Assembly: GCA_964016885.1 (NCBI GenBank)
Contig: OZ024746.1
Span: 97,712,001-97,776,000, forward strand
Source of the DNA: Eledone cirrhosa
Taxonomy: Eukaryota
Length of the DNA stretch: 64,000 nucleotides
Direction of reading: 5' to 3'
Shown here: piece after piece, positions 24,622 through 37,352 of the stretch
Position numbering within the stretch: the stretch's first letter is position 1
How the letters are laid out: the number at the start of each line of letters is the position of its first letter
Program-made: the position numbers and the translations under genes
Notes under the pieces: generated by a model
Told to the model about the DNA's origin: nothing
The model's database searches: none
The model's input: the letters and a program-made list of their open reading frames with translations, nothing else

Positions 24622-24778
24622 TAATTATGTAATAAACAACATAAGATAATTATTTCATTTACCAGTGGTTTCTTGAAGGCAGATGTTATATCTGACGACT
24701 AAAGACAGATATAACGTCTGCCTTCAAGAAACCATTGGTAAATGAAATAATTATCTTATGTTGTTTATTACATAATTA
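24622..24778. repeat. Inverted repeat, 73-bp arms, 11-nt loop
   Basis: 24622-24694 is the reverse complement of 24706-24778 with 2 mismatches. Confidence 0.95.
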
Positions 24779-24795
24779 TCTATATATATATATAT

Positions 24796-25173
24796 ATATA
24801 TTAGTAAAAGGAAAAGAAAATGCTGACAAATTGTTCCCAGTGAAAAATAATTTAATTAGGAATAAGTAAAAATTAGTAATAAGTATTGGTTAGATATTCA
24901 GTTTTAGTTTTTACCGGTTGCGCATTTCTAATGCTTTTCAAAAATAATTTTGAGATAGAGCGCCCGTGATGTTTGCTCTAATCAGATTAGAGCAAACATC
25001 ACGAGCGCTCTATCTCAAAATTATTTTTGAAAAGCATTAGAAATGCGCAACCGGTAAAAACTAAAACTGAATATCTAACCAATACTTATTACTAATTTTT
25101 ACTTATTCCTAATTAAATTATTTTTCACTGGGAACAATTTTGTCAGCATTTTCTTTTCCTTTTACTAATATAT
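24796..25173. repeat. Near-perfect palindrome, ~188-bp arms, 1-nt centre
   Basis: Centre CTAATC-A-GATTAG at 24984; one substitution and one indel between arms. Confidence 0.95.
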
Positions 25174-25208
25174 CACAACTCATGTGTTACACCTCTATTC
25201 TTTTCTTT

Positions 25209-25263
<55 letters not shown>

Positions 25264-25299
25264 CATTAATAAAGATGCTGATGTTACATAAATCGTTTA

Positions 25300-25389
25300 T
25301 TCATTATAATTATTTCAACGGTTCTCCCATGCAATCAAGATGTAATTCATGCATTTGTTGTTGTTATGAGAACGGTATCCTCAGATGAA
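25300..25389 (-). ncRNA. Type I hammerhead ribozyme, second family
   Basis: Minus strand: TTCAT-CTGAGGA-TACCGTTCTC...GAGAACCGTT-GAAA-TAATTA-TA-ATGAA. Confidence 0.6.
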
Positions 25390-26052
25390 ATTCGATTTTG
25401 TGATATGCCTATATATATGTATATATGTATATATATATATATGTATGTGTGCATTTGTGTTTTCATTTATCTATGAATGTAAGTATATATATATATGTGT
25501 GTGTCTGTATATATATATGTGTGTGTGTAACACACTAATGTTGATCCAAACTATGAAATGCTGCAATATAACATTGATTTTCAAACATTGAAAGAATAAT
25601 TTATTACTTAATATAACATCATCATCATCATCATCATCATTTTACGTCTGCTTTTTCCTGCTTGCAAGGGATAAAAACAAAGAATAATTCAAATCAGTAA
25701 TTATTAAAATTCAAATCAGTAATTAGTAAAATAATAATTTGACAAGGCATAAAGCCAATTTTATAGGAGGGATTAATCTCCAGTACATTTTAATATTTCT
25801 TATTTTATTGACTCTGGAGAGATGAAATACAAAATTAGTCATCATACAAAAGAATAAAAATAAACATAAATGAGCTGATCACCAGCCAAGCAAACTGTTT
25901 TCATTGCTCTTTAGATTGCTGATACTATCTGCTGGTTTCATCGTTTTTATGACGACTTTTCCACTATGTCAAGTGTTAGGCTGTTCTTCTCAAGGCAATG
26001 TTTTACAGTCAGATGCCCTTCCTGGCACCAACCTTTTTTAGTGCTGACTTAA

Positions 26053-26193
26053 CACTTTAGCATTCAAACTGACCATATCCAGCCAGAATTCTCTCACCTC
26101 TTTCTGTTGAAATTATGTAAGATAATTATGCGAGGTAAAGCCTTTACTGCAAAAATACAATAGTAAATACATAGTAATGTAAATGCTAAAGAG
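26053..26193. mobile_element. MITE-A, internally deleted
   Basis: TTAA-CACTTTAGCATT...AATGCTAAAGAG-TTAA. Confidence 0.75.
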
Positions 26194-26830
26194 TTAAGGA
26201 TCTAATGAAAAGCTATTGTTTGCATTCCTATATGACCAGTAAAGGGGAAGAATTCAAAATAACAATCTATTAATATATATATTTATATATATACATCTAC
26301 ACCAGGTCCGAACACAATGGAACCAAACTCCCACTGTCACTGCTGCCATCTCTCCCTCTAATCCTGGAAGATAGAAATGGGATTGGAACATCGAATGCTC
26401 AGAGCTGGATTAGATACTGTAAAAACTCCCATCCAACTCTTTAATAATTCCACCAAATCACTTCTGGCCTATCAAATTTGAATGGTAAGTTTGACCTCAA
26501 TCTGATAGATATTAGCAAAAGACACAAAGCTAGAAGAGATACTATAAATCATTTTATCTGATGCTTTAAAAATTCTGCCAATTCACCAGCCACACAGAGA
26601 AGATGAAAGGGATGAAATTTGAAGTTGACTTTGATGAGATTTCAACTCAGAATACAGAGCCAGAAAAATAGACATAAACCCACACCTGAAAGATACTTTT
26701 AGGCACCACTGACAATTCTTTCAGTTATATTAAGCCTTATATTACAGCAGGCTGATACTTCTTTCAAATTCCCAAACTTCCTATTGCACAACGATTCTAA
26801 AACTAATTATAAATTATTATTATTATTGTT

Positions 26831-27150
26831 AGGGTGGTGGACTGGCAGTATCAGTAGAGGGTCGGACGCTATGCCTTGCAACATAGAGTTACGGCCCTTT
26901 ATGGTCTGAGTTTAAATCCGCCGAGGTTAACTTTGCCTTTCATCCTTATGGGGTCGATAAAATAAAGTACCAGTAATACATTGGGTAATTGCTGGCCTTG
27001 TGCCAAAAGTAGAAACAATTATTATTATTGTTAGGGTGGTGGATTGGCAGTATCGGTAGAGGGTCGGACGCTATGCCTTGCAACACAGAGTTACGGCCCT
27101 TTATGGTCTGAGTTCAAATCCTGCCGAGGTTAACTTTGCCTTTCATCTCT
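26831..27150 (+). mobile_element. Tandem SINE-A copies (one full, one 3'-truncated)
   Basis: ATTATTGTTAGGGTGGTGGA... occurs twice, about 202 bp apart. Confidence 0.85.
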
Positions 27151-27346
27151 ATGCGTGCTGTTCCTAGTAGCCTGATCTTCTGTAGCTGATATTTGCTGAT
27201 CTTGCAGGGAAGGGTGATAAGGTGCTGGTCTGAGGATTTGAGTATTAATCTTAATGTTGCTATTACCACAGGGATAGTGTTTGTGGTCATCCTCTACATG
27301 CGTTTGATCTTTATTTGCAGGTCTTTGTACTTTGACAGTTTTTCCA
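27151..27346 (-). mobile_element. R4/Dong-clade RLE domain fragment
   Basis: Minus strand: EKLSKYKDLQIKIKRM*RMTTNTIPVVIATLRLI...LQKIRLLGTAR. Confidence 0.75.
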
Positions 27347-29537
27347 TTATATTTATTATCATTATGACTTTCTTTCTAACTAACTTAGCTTAGTAATTTA
27401 TTTGGATATTTAGTTTACTTAATAAGTTTCTCACTTTGCTATAAATGGACCGAACTGAGGTGACAGAGATCCAGAATAAATACTGATGTCTTAACAATTT
27501 AACCAGTTTTGCCACCTTATGCTGAGGTGTTCCTTTTGCAATGATATGATCTTTGGTTCAGTTCTGGTGTGTGGTACCTTACTCATCTACTGTAGCTTCA
27601 AGCTGACCAATGTTTGTGAATGAAATTTAGTAAAAGGAAACAGCATGTACAATAATAATAATGATTTCTAGTATAGGCACAAGGCCAGTAATTTGGGGAG
27701 AGGAGAAAGTCGATCAAATTGACCCCAGTGCATGACTGGTACTTTATTTGTACAATAATAATAATGAAAATTATTGTGTACAGTACTCAGGTGCACTACA
27801 ACTCATCAAAGGTGCATCACAACTCATCAGGTGCACTACAACTCATCTGTATGTATATGTATATATATTTATATATCTGTACATGTGTCTCCTTATTTGT
27901 TTATGCCAAGTAACTTAACAGTTCAAAATAAGAGATTGATAAAATAAGTACAATAATTGATATGGTTGACTAAATCAAGGAAATGCCCCAGCATGATATA
28001 TTCCGACCAAAAACCAGTAAAAGAATATATATATATACGCACACATATATAAACTAGATCCATAAAGCATTTTCTTCCTTTCTCTATCACTTTTGAATTT
28101 GTATAACTAATATTGAATGTCCAATACATTGGTTGCATTGCATATGTTGATGTTAATGTCTTCATCATACATCAACATTTACTAACAGTCAATATTGTTC
28201 ACTCCAAAAAATTAATGTCGCTGTCAAAAACATTTATATAAGAGGAAACTTGAGTATATTACAGTGAAGTATATGCAAATATTAATCAAGCTGTAGACTC
28301 ATTTCTATGAGACTAACATACAATAGTTATTAGCAAGGCAATTTATTTATAAGTTTTCAGTTTTTATTTCTCTTTTTCACAACATATATCTTATTTGATA
28401 AAAAAGATTCTTGTCCAAAGTCCAAGTCTAAATAACATATTATAATCAATACATCTCTAACTTCAATAGATGCCTGCAGGACTCTGAGAGCTTTTTTAGG
28501 GTGTTTACATTATTGATTGTATGGCATGTTTACATGGTCTTAATGAAAAGTTATATAGTTATTAGTTATACGTTTAATAGATAAAGCAGAGACTAATTAT
28601 AACAAACTATTCCTCATGTGCTTTAGGACTCAAAAGAGAAATTTACAGCTCATGTCTATGTAGTTTTAGGTGGACTCCTATGAGATAAAACCTCATAGGA
28701 TATTTCTCAGGTATTTTAATCATATTGGCTCCAGTAGTATTATCAGAAGCCAAATGAAATGAAACATCTTGTTCAAGAACACAATGCACCAACTTGTCTA
28801 AGAATTGAACCCATGACTTTATAATCATGAGTTCAACATCCTTACTAATAGGACAAATGTTAAATCAACCTAAATAAATCAGTTAAGTTTTAAATGTTAT
28901 GTGTTAGGGATATTTATATTTTTAAATGCTGTGTCTTAGAAATATTAAGAATCTCATATACCTGTCCAGGTATCAACTCTCAAATTAAATTTTACTTTAA
29001 GCATCTAGAATGATATCTACTTCTGAGATGAAAGATAATACATCCCAATTTACTTTTCCAACATTTTTCTAATGATCTTCAAAATATCATAAATATTTAC
29101 TAATTAGAATTTTTGTTTTTCATCTGTCTCTAAATAACTAACACAACTTCAACATTAAATATAAAATAAAAAATCACAAATTTCAAAATGTTTTTTTAAT
29201 AGGATGTCTGAAACTATAACCATATATTAATGATATCGAAAGATTTAAGCTAGTCAATACTTTCCATTTACTGTGTATATAATTTTATAGGTTTGTCAAA
29301 TTGTTTTTCTCTAAACGAGCTTCAAAAATGGTTAATGATGTTTATTGCCAAGTAACTTTTCCAGTAAGAGGAATTGAACTTTTCATGACAAGCCAACAAA
29401 TCACCAACTTATCAGTATGGCTGCCTTTTATAACAGTGGGAGATCTACATATGACAAGGTGTGGTTTGCCATTGATGGTTAATCCATTTGCTACCATATT
29501 TCTATGAGGAACACTGCTTATAATTTTAAAATCGTTT

Positions 29538-29905
29538 TGAGAACGGCTTCAATACTATGGGCATGTGGTTAGAATGTCTCAAGAAAGAATCACTGGAGAG
29601 TCACTCCAGGTAGAGTCACTACTTCTCCAAATTGAGAGATCACAGCTCTGATACTATGGGCTTGTGGTTAGAATGTCTCAGGAAAGAATCGCTGGACAAA
29701 TTTTACAGGCAAACCCAACCAGCAGGAGACCTAAGGGCAGACCCCAAACAAAATGGTTTGATAACATCCCTGAACTTGGCTGGTCTCGCTTGGGGATCCA
29801 GCCAGATCAGTTGGAGATGGTTGCTTTAGACAGGACCTGTTGGAGGAAGTGTCTGAAGACTCTGTCCCAACAACCCACTCAGGAATAAGTGGGCAGAGAA
29901 GAGAA
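29538..29905 (+). mobile_element. RTE-clade (Expander/Rex3-like) LINE 3' fragment
   Basis: YYGHVVRMSQERI...RRPKGRPQTKWFDNI.ELGWSRLGIQPDQLEMVALDRTCWR; local duplication of its start. Confidence 0.75.
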
Positions 29906-29944
29906 TTTAGAGGGATTTCTAACTTTCCCATTAAGATGTTTAGG

Positions 29945-30373
29945 GCAATAGATAGGCAGAACTATTAGAGTGTCAGACAAATGTTTTACAATATTTGTTC
30001 TTACACTTTATGTTCTGGTTTCAAATCCTGCAGAAGTCAAGTTTGTCATTCATTTTCCTAGGGTCAAAGAAATAAAGTAGCAGAAAAGCACTGGGGTTGC
30101 TGCAACTGACTTTTCTTTCCCCAAAATTTGTAGGCCTTCTGATTAAATTAGAAACCATTATTACTGGCAGTATTGGTAGAGCGTCAGACAATAAGCTTTG
30201 TGGTATATAGTTACGACCCTTTATATTCTGAGTTCAAATCCCGCAGAGGTTAGCTTTACCTTTCATCTTTACGGGGTTGATAAAATAAAGCACCAGTAAT
30301 GCACTGGGGTCGATTTAATCGACTGTCACATCCCTTTCAAATTACTGGCCTTGTGCCTATAGAAGAAACCATT
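29945..30373 (+). mobile_element. Two tandem diverged SINE-A copies
   Basis: Two B-box plus core blocks, each ending AGAAACCATTA. Confidence 0.7.
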
Positions 30374-30536
30374 AATAAGATGAACAGAAGTTCTTACATA
30401 GAATTAATAGCAGGCTTTTAATATAAATACAAACATAAAAACAACGATGACAAACATTTTAAAATAAATAGTTTTGTATCCTAGAACCAGGGCTGTGTCA
30501 GGTAGTATTATATAAGTTAGGTGTTTTACAGACAAT

Positions 30537-30602
30537 GCTATATCAACAAAAGTATTGGAACCCCCCACTCTTGATTTGAACCTCTGGATTTCATCAAAAT
30601 TC
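30537..30602. mobile_element. Tc1-like terminal inverted repeat remnant
   Basis: CTATATCAACAAAAGTATTGGAACCCC resembles Tc1 TIR starts. Confidence 0.4.
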
Positions 30603-31559
30603 ACACCTACTACTCCCGACCAATTAATAACAGTTGATTGTATATTCTCATTTTTTTTTCCTGAATATCATAAATGATCTGATAAAATAAATCCATATTT
30701 CTGTCTAAAGTCTGTAATTTTCCATAAAATCTGTTCTAAACATTTCTTAGTTTGATAGTTGTATTAGCAATGAAACACTGTAAGATTTATAAATGTAAAA
30801 AGATAAACATAATTATATCTCTATATAACAAAAGAAACAAAGGATAATAATTGCTCAACAAATGATAATTTTCAGCAAAAGTAGGTTTCTTAATGAAGTA
30901 GATATATTTTCTGAATATAGACGAGGACTAAAGTGATCAGGGTGTACTGACATATTTATAAAATCATCTGATCACATGCTTCTTTATTGATTATATTTAG
31001 AAATACACTGATATATACATTATATATATATATATATATATATATTCATACTTTATCCTTACAAACTTCTTTCTGTTTTATGCAGCTAATATTTCTATAT
31101 TTCACTAAGCATGGATGAATATTGATTTCTTACAGAAGGCTACACTTGTATAAGATTCCTAAACACAAGGATTGATGTTTTACGACATCTATAACTTAAT
31201 GGTGACACTTGTACTTGTTTGTCTAAAGTCTGGTACTTTTATTCACAGGTGTATAAATAAAATTACAAATTGTTCACAATTATTTAAAAATGAAAATATA
31301 AACACATATAATAAATACAATTAACTATTGCTAGGAACCTTACGAATATATTGCTCCAAAATATATAATGAAAGTGAGAAAAAGAAAAAACGGGGGGAAA
31401 AAAAAAACGACGACCATCAATTCACCACCAAGTGTAACAATCAGTCACACATCACAAGGATCAATGGGAATTTTTGAGGTGTTCACATAGGAATTAGCAA
31501 TACAAATGATGTAAATCTGACCCAGTGTTGTGAACTCAGTTGTAACATTTATCTTTGCC

Positions 31560-32092
31560 AGTACCAAAAGACGAAGCTCCATATTTACAACACATCAGTC
31601 ATCTCCATTCTCCTTTATGTAGCAGAAATGTGGCCCCTAACAAAGATCTTGGCAAAGAGGATTGAAAGCTTTGACAGCAGAGCCCTGAAGACCATCAAAA
31701 ACATCAGATGGTAACACCACATTTCTAACAAAGTGTTGTGTGCATGCAAGCATCAACCTACAGCTTCCTGCCTCGTAGCTATCCACCACATGCACTGGTA
31801 CGGACATGTCCTCCACTTTCCACCAGATCATTCTACCAGGGCTTTACTCTCATTTGGTGCAGTGGCTGCAGGTTAGAAGAGGTCCCACAGCAGGCCCTGC
31901 ACCAGATAGTTCTTGATGTCATCGGGGAAAATCTCCGGAGGCTCAACATCACTTTGGAGGATGCAAAGGAGCAGCTGGCACGGGACCGCAATGATAGAGG
32001 GTGCTGGTGGACCTGGTTGGCTCTAAACATGACGATACTTTGGGATTGCTGTCTTAAGATGACCCCAGCCTTATTGAACAAGAGCAAGTAGA
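31560..32092 (+). mobile_element. Decayed RTE-group LINE 3' fragment
   Basis: TKLHIYNTSVISILLYVAEMWPLTK...FDSRAL..I..IRW; ARDRNDR-like end. Confidence 0.7.
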
Positions 32093-32799
32093 AGGAAGAA
32101 GTGAAGAAGTACCAAATAGAAATGAATGAATGAATAACACTAGGAAAATAAATATATATTAAAAAAGGTTCATTTTAATGCGTGACACACACACATACAT
32201 GTTTTTCTCTGAAAATATTTTTCTTTCAATTTTACTTCTGATATCATTTTATTCCTTTTCTCTCCCTTCTCACACTTTCTTTTTCTCATTCTCCCTCCCT
32301 GTTCTACTCTATGAATTCCTATACAAAGTTCTCTTGTTCGCTCTTTTGCTTTCTAAGTACTCTTAGCATGTGAGTCACCAGAAATAAACAAAAATTCGAG
32401 AAACTTATTGAAACTTTACGTAATAGAAACTCGTTATGTAATGGAGTTGAGAAACAAAAACTATATTCTAAACGACACTTAAAACATTTTAAACATCAAA
32501 ATATAAAAACTTCATAAATATATTTTGTACTCGTGAAAATTTCAAAACCACGCTGTGATGAAGAAGACTGAACGTGACTAGCGTGCATGTCTGATAGTGC
32601 CCATGTTCACCCCTCCACTCCTATCAAGTGACAATGAACTATTCCACATTTGTGTCTCAGGTGAAATGACACATGTGCCCACATGGCTTACATGTTCTGT
32701 CTTTACTATAACTACTCTGTTTTGTACAATATATACAACTTTATGCAGTTGGACTCTATTGTACAGTTGGGTGTCTTGAACAGAGAGCCTAGGATTTAA

Positions 32800-33225
32800 C
32801 CCTTTAGTGTTCAAACCGACCAAAACCGGCCAGAATTCTCTACCTCTTTCTGTTGAAACTGACTGTAACTGGTCGCTCAAACTGATGTTAAAGTATTGTT
32901 CTCAAAATAAATACTTTCAAAATCTCATAGATTCGATATTATGTGAGATAATTATGTGAGGTAAAGCTTTTACCATGAAAATATAATAGTATATAGAAAA
33001 TAATTGTTTCTACTTTTGGCACAAGGCCAGCAATTACCCAGTGTATTACTGGTACTTTATTTTATCGACCCCGTAAGGATGAAAGGCAAAGTTAACCTCG
33101 GCGGGACTTGAACTCAGAATGGCAAGGGCCGTAACTCTATGCATCAAAGCATGGCGTCTGACCCCCTACCGATACTGCCAATCCACCACCCATAGTATAT
33201 ATAAAATAATGTGAATGGTAAAGGG
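32800..33225. mobile_element. MITE-A interrupted by SINE-A (33001-33191, minus)
   Basis: TTAA-CCC...GGG-TTAA; SINE flanked by an ATAGTATATA..AAAATAAT duplication. Confidence 0.85.
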
Positions 33226-33261
33226 TTAACAGTCCAACTGTCGACAGCAGACCCTTTAAAA

Positions 33262-33630
33262 CAGCGGTCACCAACCTTTCGGACCTCACAGACCACTAAA
33301 TTCATAATTTTAAATCCCGCAGACTGCTAATATGAATTTTTTAAAAAGATAAATACATTTGTAAAATAATTGTTTCTACTTTTGGCACAAGGCCAGCAAT
33401 TACTCCAGTGTATTACTGGTACTTTATTTTATCGACCCCGTAAGGATGAAAGGCAAAGTTAACCTCGGAGGGATTTGAACTCAGAATGGCAAAGGCCGTC
33501 AAAGCATGGTGTCTGACTCTCTACCAATACTGCTAATCCGCCACCCCTACATTTGTAAAATAATGATCAGAGAACTTCCATTTTATTAGTATGAAATGCC
33601 CCTATTAAATATAACAAAATTATAAATGCC
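33262..33630 (+). mobile_element. hAT/Charlie-like element end interrupted by SINE-A (33370-33547, minus)
   Basis: CAGCGGTCACCAACCTTT TIR-like start; SINE TSD TACATTTGTAAAATAAT is perfect. Confidence 0.6.
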
Positions 33631-33635
33631 ACCAG

Positions 33636-33986
33636 TGGTCTTCTGCTTTAAAACATATGCCATCTAAATGTGGTCTGCTGCTTTAAAACACATGCCATCT
33701 AAATGTGGTCTGCTGCTTTAAAACACATGCCATCTAAATATGGTCTGCTGCTTTAAAACACATGCCATCTAAATATGGTCTGCTGCTTTAAAACACATGC
33801 CATCTAAATGTGGTCTGCTGCTTTAAAACACATGCCATCTAAATATGGTCTGCTGCTTTAAAACACATGCCATCTAAATATGGTCTGCTGCTTTAAAACA
33901 CATGCCATCTAAATGTGGTCTGCTGCTTTAAAACACATGCCATCTAAATATGGTCTGCTGCTTTAAAACACATGCCATCTAAATAT
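33636..33986. repeat. 35-bp tandem array, ~10 copies
   Basis: Unit TGGTCTGCTGCTTTAAAACACATGCCATCTAAAT(G/A). Confidence 0.95.
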
Positions 33987-34281
33987 GTGTTGATTAGCTG
34001 CCTTGGATTTTTACCCATTTCTCAGGCATAAAATAGAGGGATTGGCTTATATTTGAGTATATGCTGAATATATCAATAATAGAAAGATGAAAAATATGTC
34101 ACAGGGAGTGTACAACATGAGGTGTGTATGTGTGTATGACGTGTTTGTATGTGTGTGTATGTATGTGTGTGTGTATGATAGCATCTCACAAGAAAAACAA
34201 ATTTTGAATTAATTGAGATTTCAATTAATTGATCATCTCACATGCTAAAAAATAATTCCAATAATTCAGATTCTCTCAAAT

Positions 34282-34333
<52 letters not shown>

Positions 34334-34704
34334 ATGTATATACATACACACACATAGAACACAACTAGTTAGGAAATTACAAGTACAATCCATTAATGGA
34401 ACAGTCAAAATATGTAAAACATTCCAAAACTTTTGCATCTAATAACTGCATACATACATGCACACATACAACTCAAAACATCCACATCCACACATATAAT
34501 AACATCCATATCTACACATGCATGCATACATACATATCTACCTAGTTGATGTTGTGTAAATTCCAATGAGAGAGTCTTGTGTCTATGTTAGAAACCGACT
34601 CTCTCTCTATTGGTAAAACTTTGTGAAATTATAAAACCAGAACATACATACATATAAACATATATACATACATACATACATACATATAAACATACATACA
34701 TACA

Positions 34705-34738
<34 letters not shown>

Positions 34739-34869
34739 CATACATACATAAATACATACATAGGCACAAATACATACACACACATATACACACACACACA
34801 TACATACATACACACACATATACACACATACATACATGTACACATACACACATGTTGATTGCTACTTCT

Positions 34870-35030
34870 TGTCAGAAGAGTGCCATCCCTTCATTGAACA
34901 TTGCCTGATTATGAGCATGTAGGTGACTTTTCAGACACACTTTTTTTTTTTTTTTTTTTGCAGGTACATTCACAGATGCGACACTTGAACTGTCTGTCTC
35001 CTGGTAATACTGGCTGGGGTGTGTTTTCAT
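34870..35030 (-). mobile_element. RTE (BovB-like) C-terminal zinc-finger remnant
   Basis: Minus strand: FKCRICECTC...LKSHLHAH. Confidence 0.45.
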
Positions 35031-35038
35031 GCATTTTA

Positions 35039-35258
35039 CCCTTTAATGTTCAAACCGGCCAAAACCGGCCAGAATTCTCTACCTCATTCTGTTGAAACTG
35101 GCTGTAACTGGTCGCTCAAACTGATGTTAAGGTATTGTTCTCAAAATAATTACTTTCAAAATCTCATAGATTCGATATTATGTGAGATAATTATGTGAGG
35201 TAAAGCCTTTACCATGAAAATATAATAGTATTTATAGAATAATGTGAATGCTAAAGGG
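35039..35258. mobile_element. MITE-A
   Basis: CCCTTTAATGTTCAAACC...AATGCTAAAGGG-TTAA; shares private variants with the 32800 copy. Confidence 0.85.
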
Positions 35259-35639
35259 TTAACCATGTCTGGTCAGTCCACTCACTGACTTGCAAATTAA
35301 GCCATATTCACCGCAAATGTATCGTGGAGTGTGTGGCAGTAGAAACATCTAACTGGTGACTAGATATCTCCCTAACTCATTTGAATTTTGATGGTTAACT
35401 CAACCAACTCATGTTAGAAGAAATCGGCCACTTCAATACATACATGATGGCTGTAAACTCACGCTAAAAGTATTGCAATCACTTGTCAGATTCACATGTG
35501 TGACGCTCGGATATGGCTTTTCAAGCCTGCTAGAGATTTGTACTTCTTCACACATTGACAACAACTATGGATCTCCCTTGACTCAGGTCTTGCATCAGGT
35601 AGCATGTGAATCTTCACAACACCATGGAAATTATAGTTC

Positions 35640-35900
35640 ACTGGTTCTCTCTCTGAACATGGCTGTGACTGTGGTACCTGAGATCAGATTTGCTCAAACA
35701 CACCTTTCTACACTCAGGTCCACCAATTCAATGGAGACACCAATTGTTTCATAAGATAGACCAGGGCATTGCTCACGCACACCTCACTTCATCTTCCCAT
35801 GCTTTATGTGACTCTCCTGAAAACTATGGACCCCATCATTCACCATTCCATGCCAAGTTTCTTTTTCAAGAGCTTTTATCTCCCAGTCAGCCACCATCAA
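35640..35900 (-). mobile_element. RTE (BovB-like) 3' remnant
   Basis: Minus strand: WEIKALEKETWHGMVNDGVHSFQE ... PECRKVCLSKSDLRYH. Confidence 0.5.
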
Positions 35901-35930
35901 AATACACACACACACACACATATACACATA

Positions 35931-35979
<49 letters not shown>

Positions 35980-36995
35980 TCTATACATGTAAAAGTTAGC
36001 TAATTATCATATTATTAACTTGCACCTTGCCATTTACTTCATATTCTTGTGGCACATTCATCTTTCAGACATTACAAACCACATGTTTTCATAGAAAGTC
36101 TAAAATCAATATGAATTTCAAAATAGTTATAAATCTAACTATTCTTTCATAAATATTTGTTTTCCTTTTGATTTTCTTTAATTTAGAGTCTACAATAAAA
36201 GTGACAAGTTTCTTTCATATTTTGTTTCAATTAATTCTCGTCACAAATTGTCTCAATTTTCACTTTTCCTTCCAAATATTCTTATCTTAATTATATTCAT
36301 GGTCATGCAGGAGTTTGATATATCCTACCATAGCAAGATTGTCTGAATTTTTAAAACTTCTTCCTTAGACATCTGTCACTTGCCTTACTCTCTTTCTCTC
36401 TCTCTATCTTCTTTTTCTCTCTCTCTCTGTCTTCTTCTCTCTCTGTCTCTCTCTTCTCTCTCTCACACACACACGCCTGTTCTATTCCTTCTTGTCTCTC
36501 TCCTCTTTCATCTCCTCTCTCTCTCTCACACACACACATTCTATTCCTTCTTATTTCTCTTCCATCTCTCACTCCCGCTCCCCCACCACATTCTATTCCT
36601 TGTGGTCTTTAACATCTACCTATCACAATTCCAAAAAATAATTAACAGATGATTATATAGGAAAATTAAAAAGTTCAAAAGGTTATATACATAGACGCAG
36701 ATACGATAGAGTATGTAAGGGGTTTATTTCACCACCACACTAGGTTCAGTCCTACACTATGGGGCTTTCATCAAGGGATTTCTACTTTAGGCTCAAGTGG
36801 AGCAATGCTTTGTAAGTGTAAATTGGTAAACAGAAACTATAGAAGTCAGCTGTGTGTATAATATATACAATTGAATATATGAGAGGGATGAACACAGATA
36901 CAAGTATACATTGTTCCAATTGCAAATGACCAAGTTAGCTAAGTTGAACAAATTTAATTGTAAAAGACTATTTTGAGTTTCTAACTCAATCTATG

Positions 36996-37074
<79 letters not shown>

Positions 37075-37137
37075 ATATATAATTCAAGTTTAATATATTT
37101 ATCTATATATATATTTTCAACTTGAATTATATATATA

Positions 37138-37308
37138 GGCAGTGGATTGGCAGATCGGACGCCATGCTTTCCAGCATAGTTACATCCCTTTACGATCTGA
37201 GTTCAAATCCCGCCGAGGTTGACTTTGCCTTTCATCCTTATGGGGTCGATAAAATAAAGTACCAGTAATGCACTGGGTAATTGCTGGCCTTGTTCCTAAA
37301 GTAGAAAC

Positions 37309-37312
<4 letters not shown>
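37138..37312 (+). mobile_element. SINE family A
   Basis: Full match to the family consensus; inserted in (TA)n. Confidence 0.85.

Positions 37313-37352
<40 letters not shown>

Noticed and set aside
30404-30665. Possible minus-strand exon or ORF
   Set aside because: Overlaps a Tc1-like TIR; weak acceptor and no recognisable protein motif
33636-33986. 35-bp repeats as a CRISPR array
   Set aside because: Contiguous units without spacers; no cas genes
34941-34970. Strong plus-strand acceptor T(19)GCAG
   Set aside because: Poly-T expansion inside a minus-strand RTE remnant; no convincing exon follows
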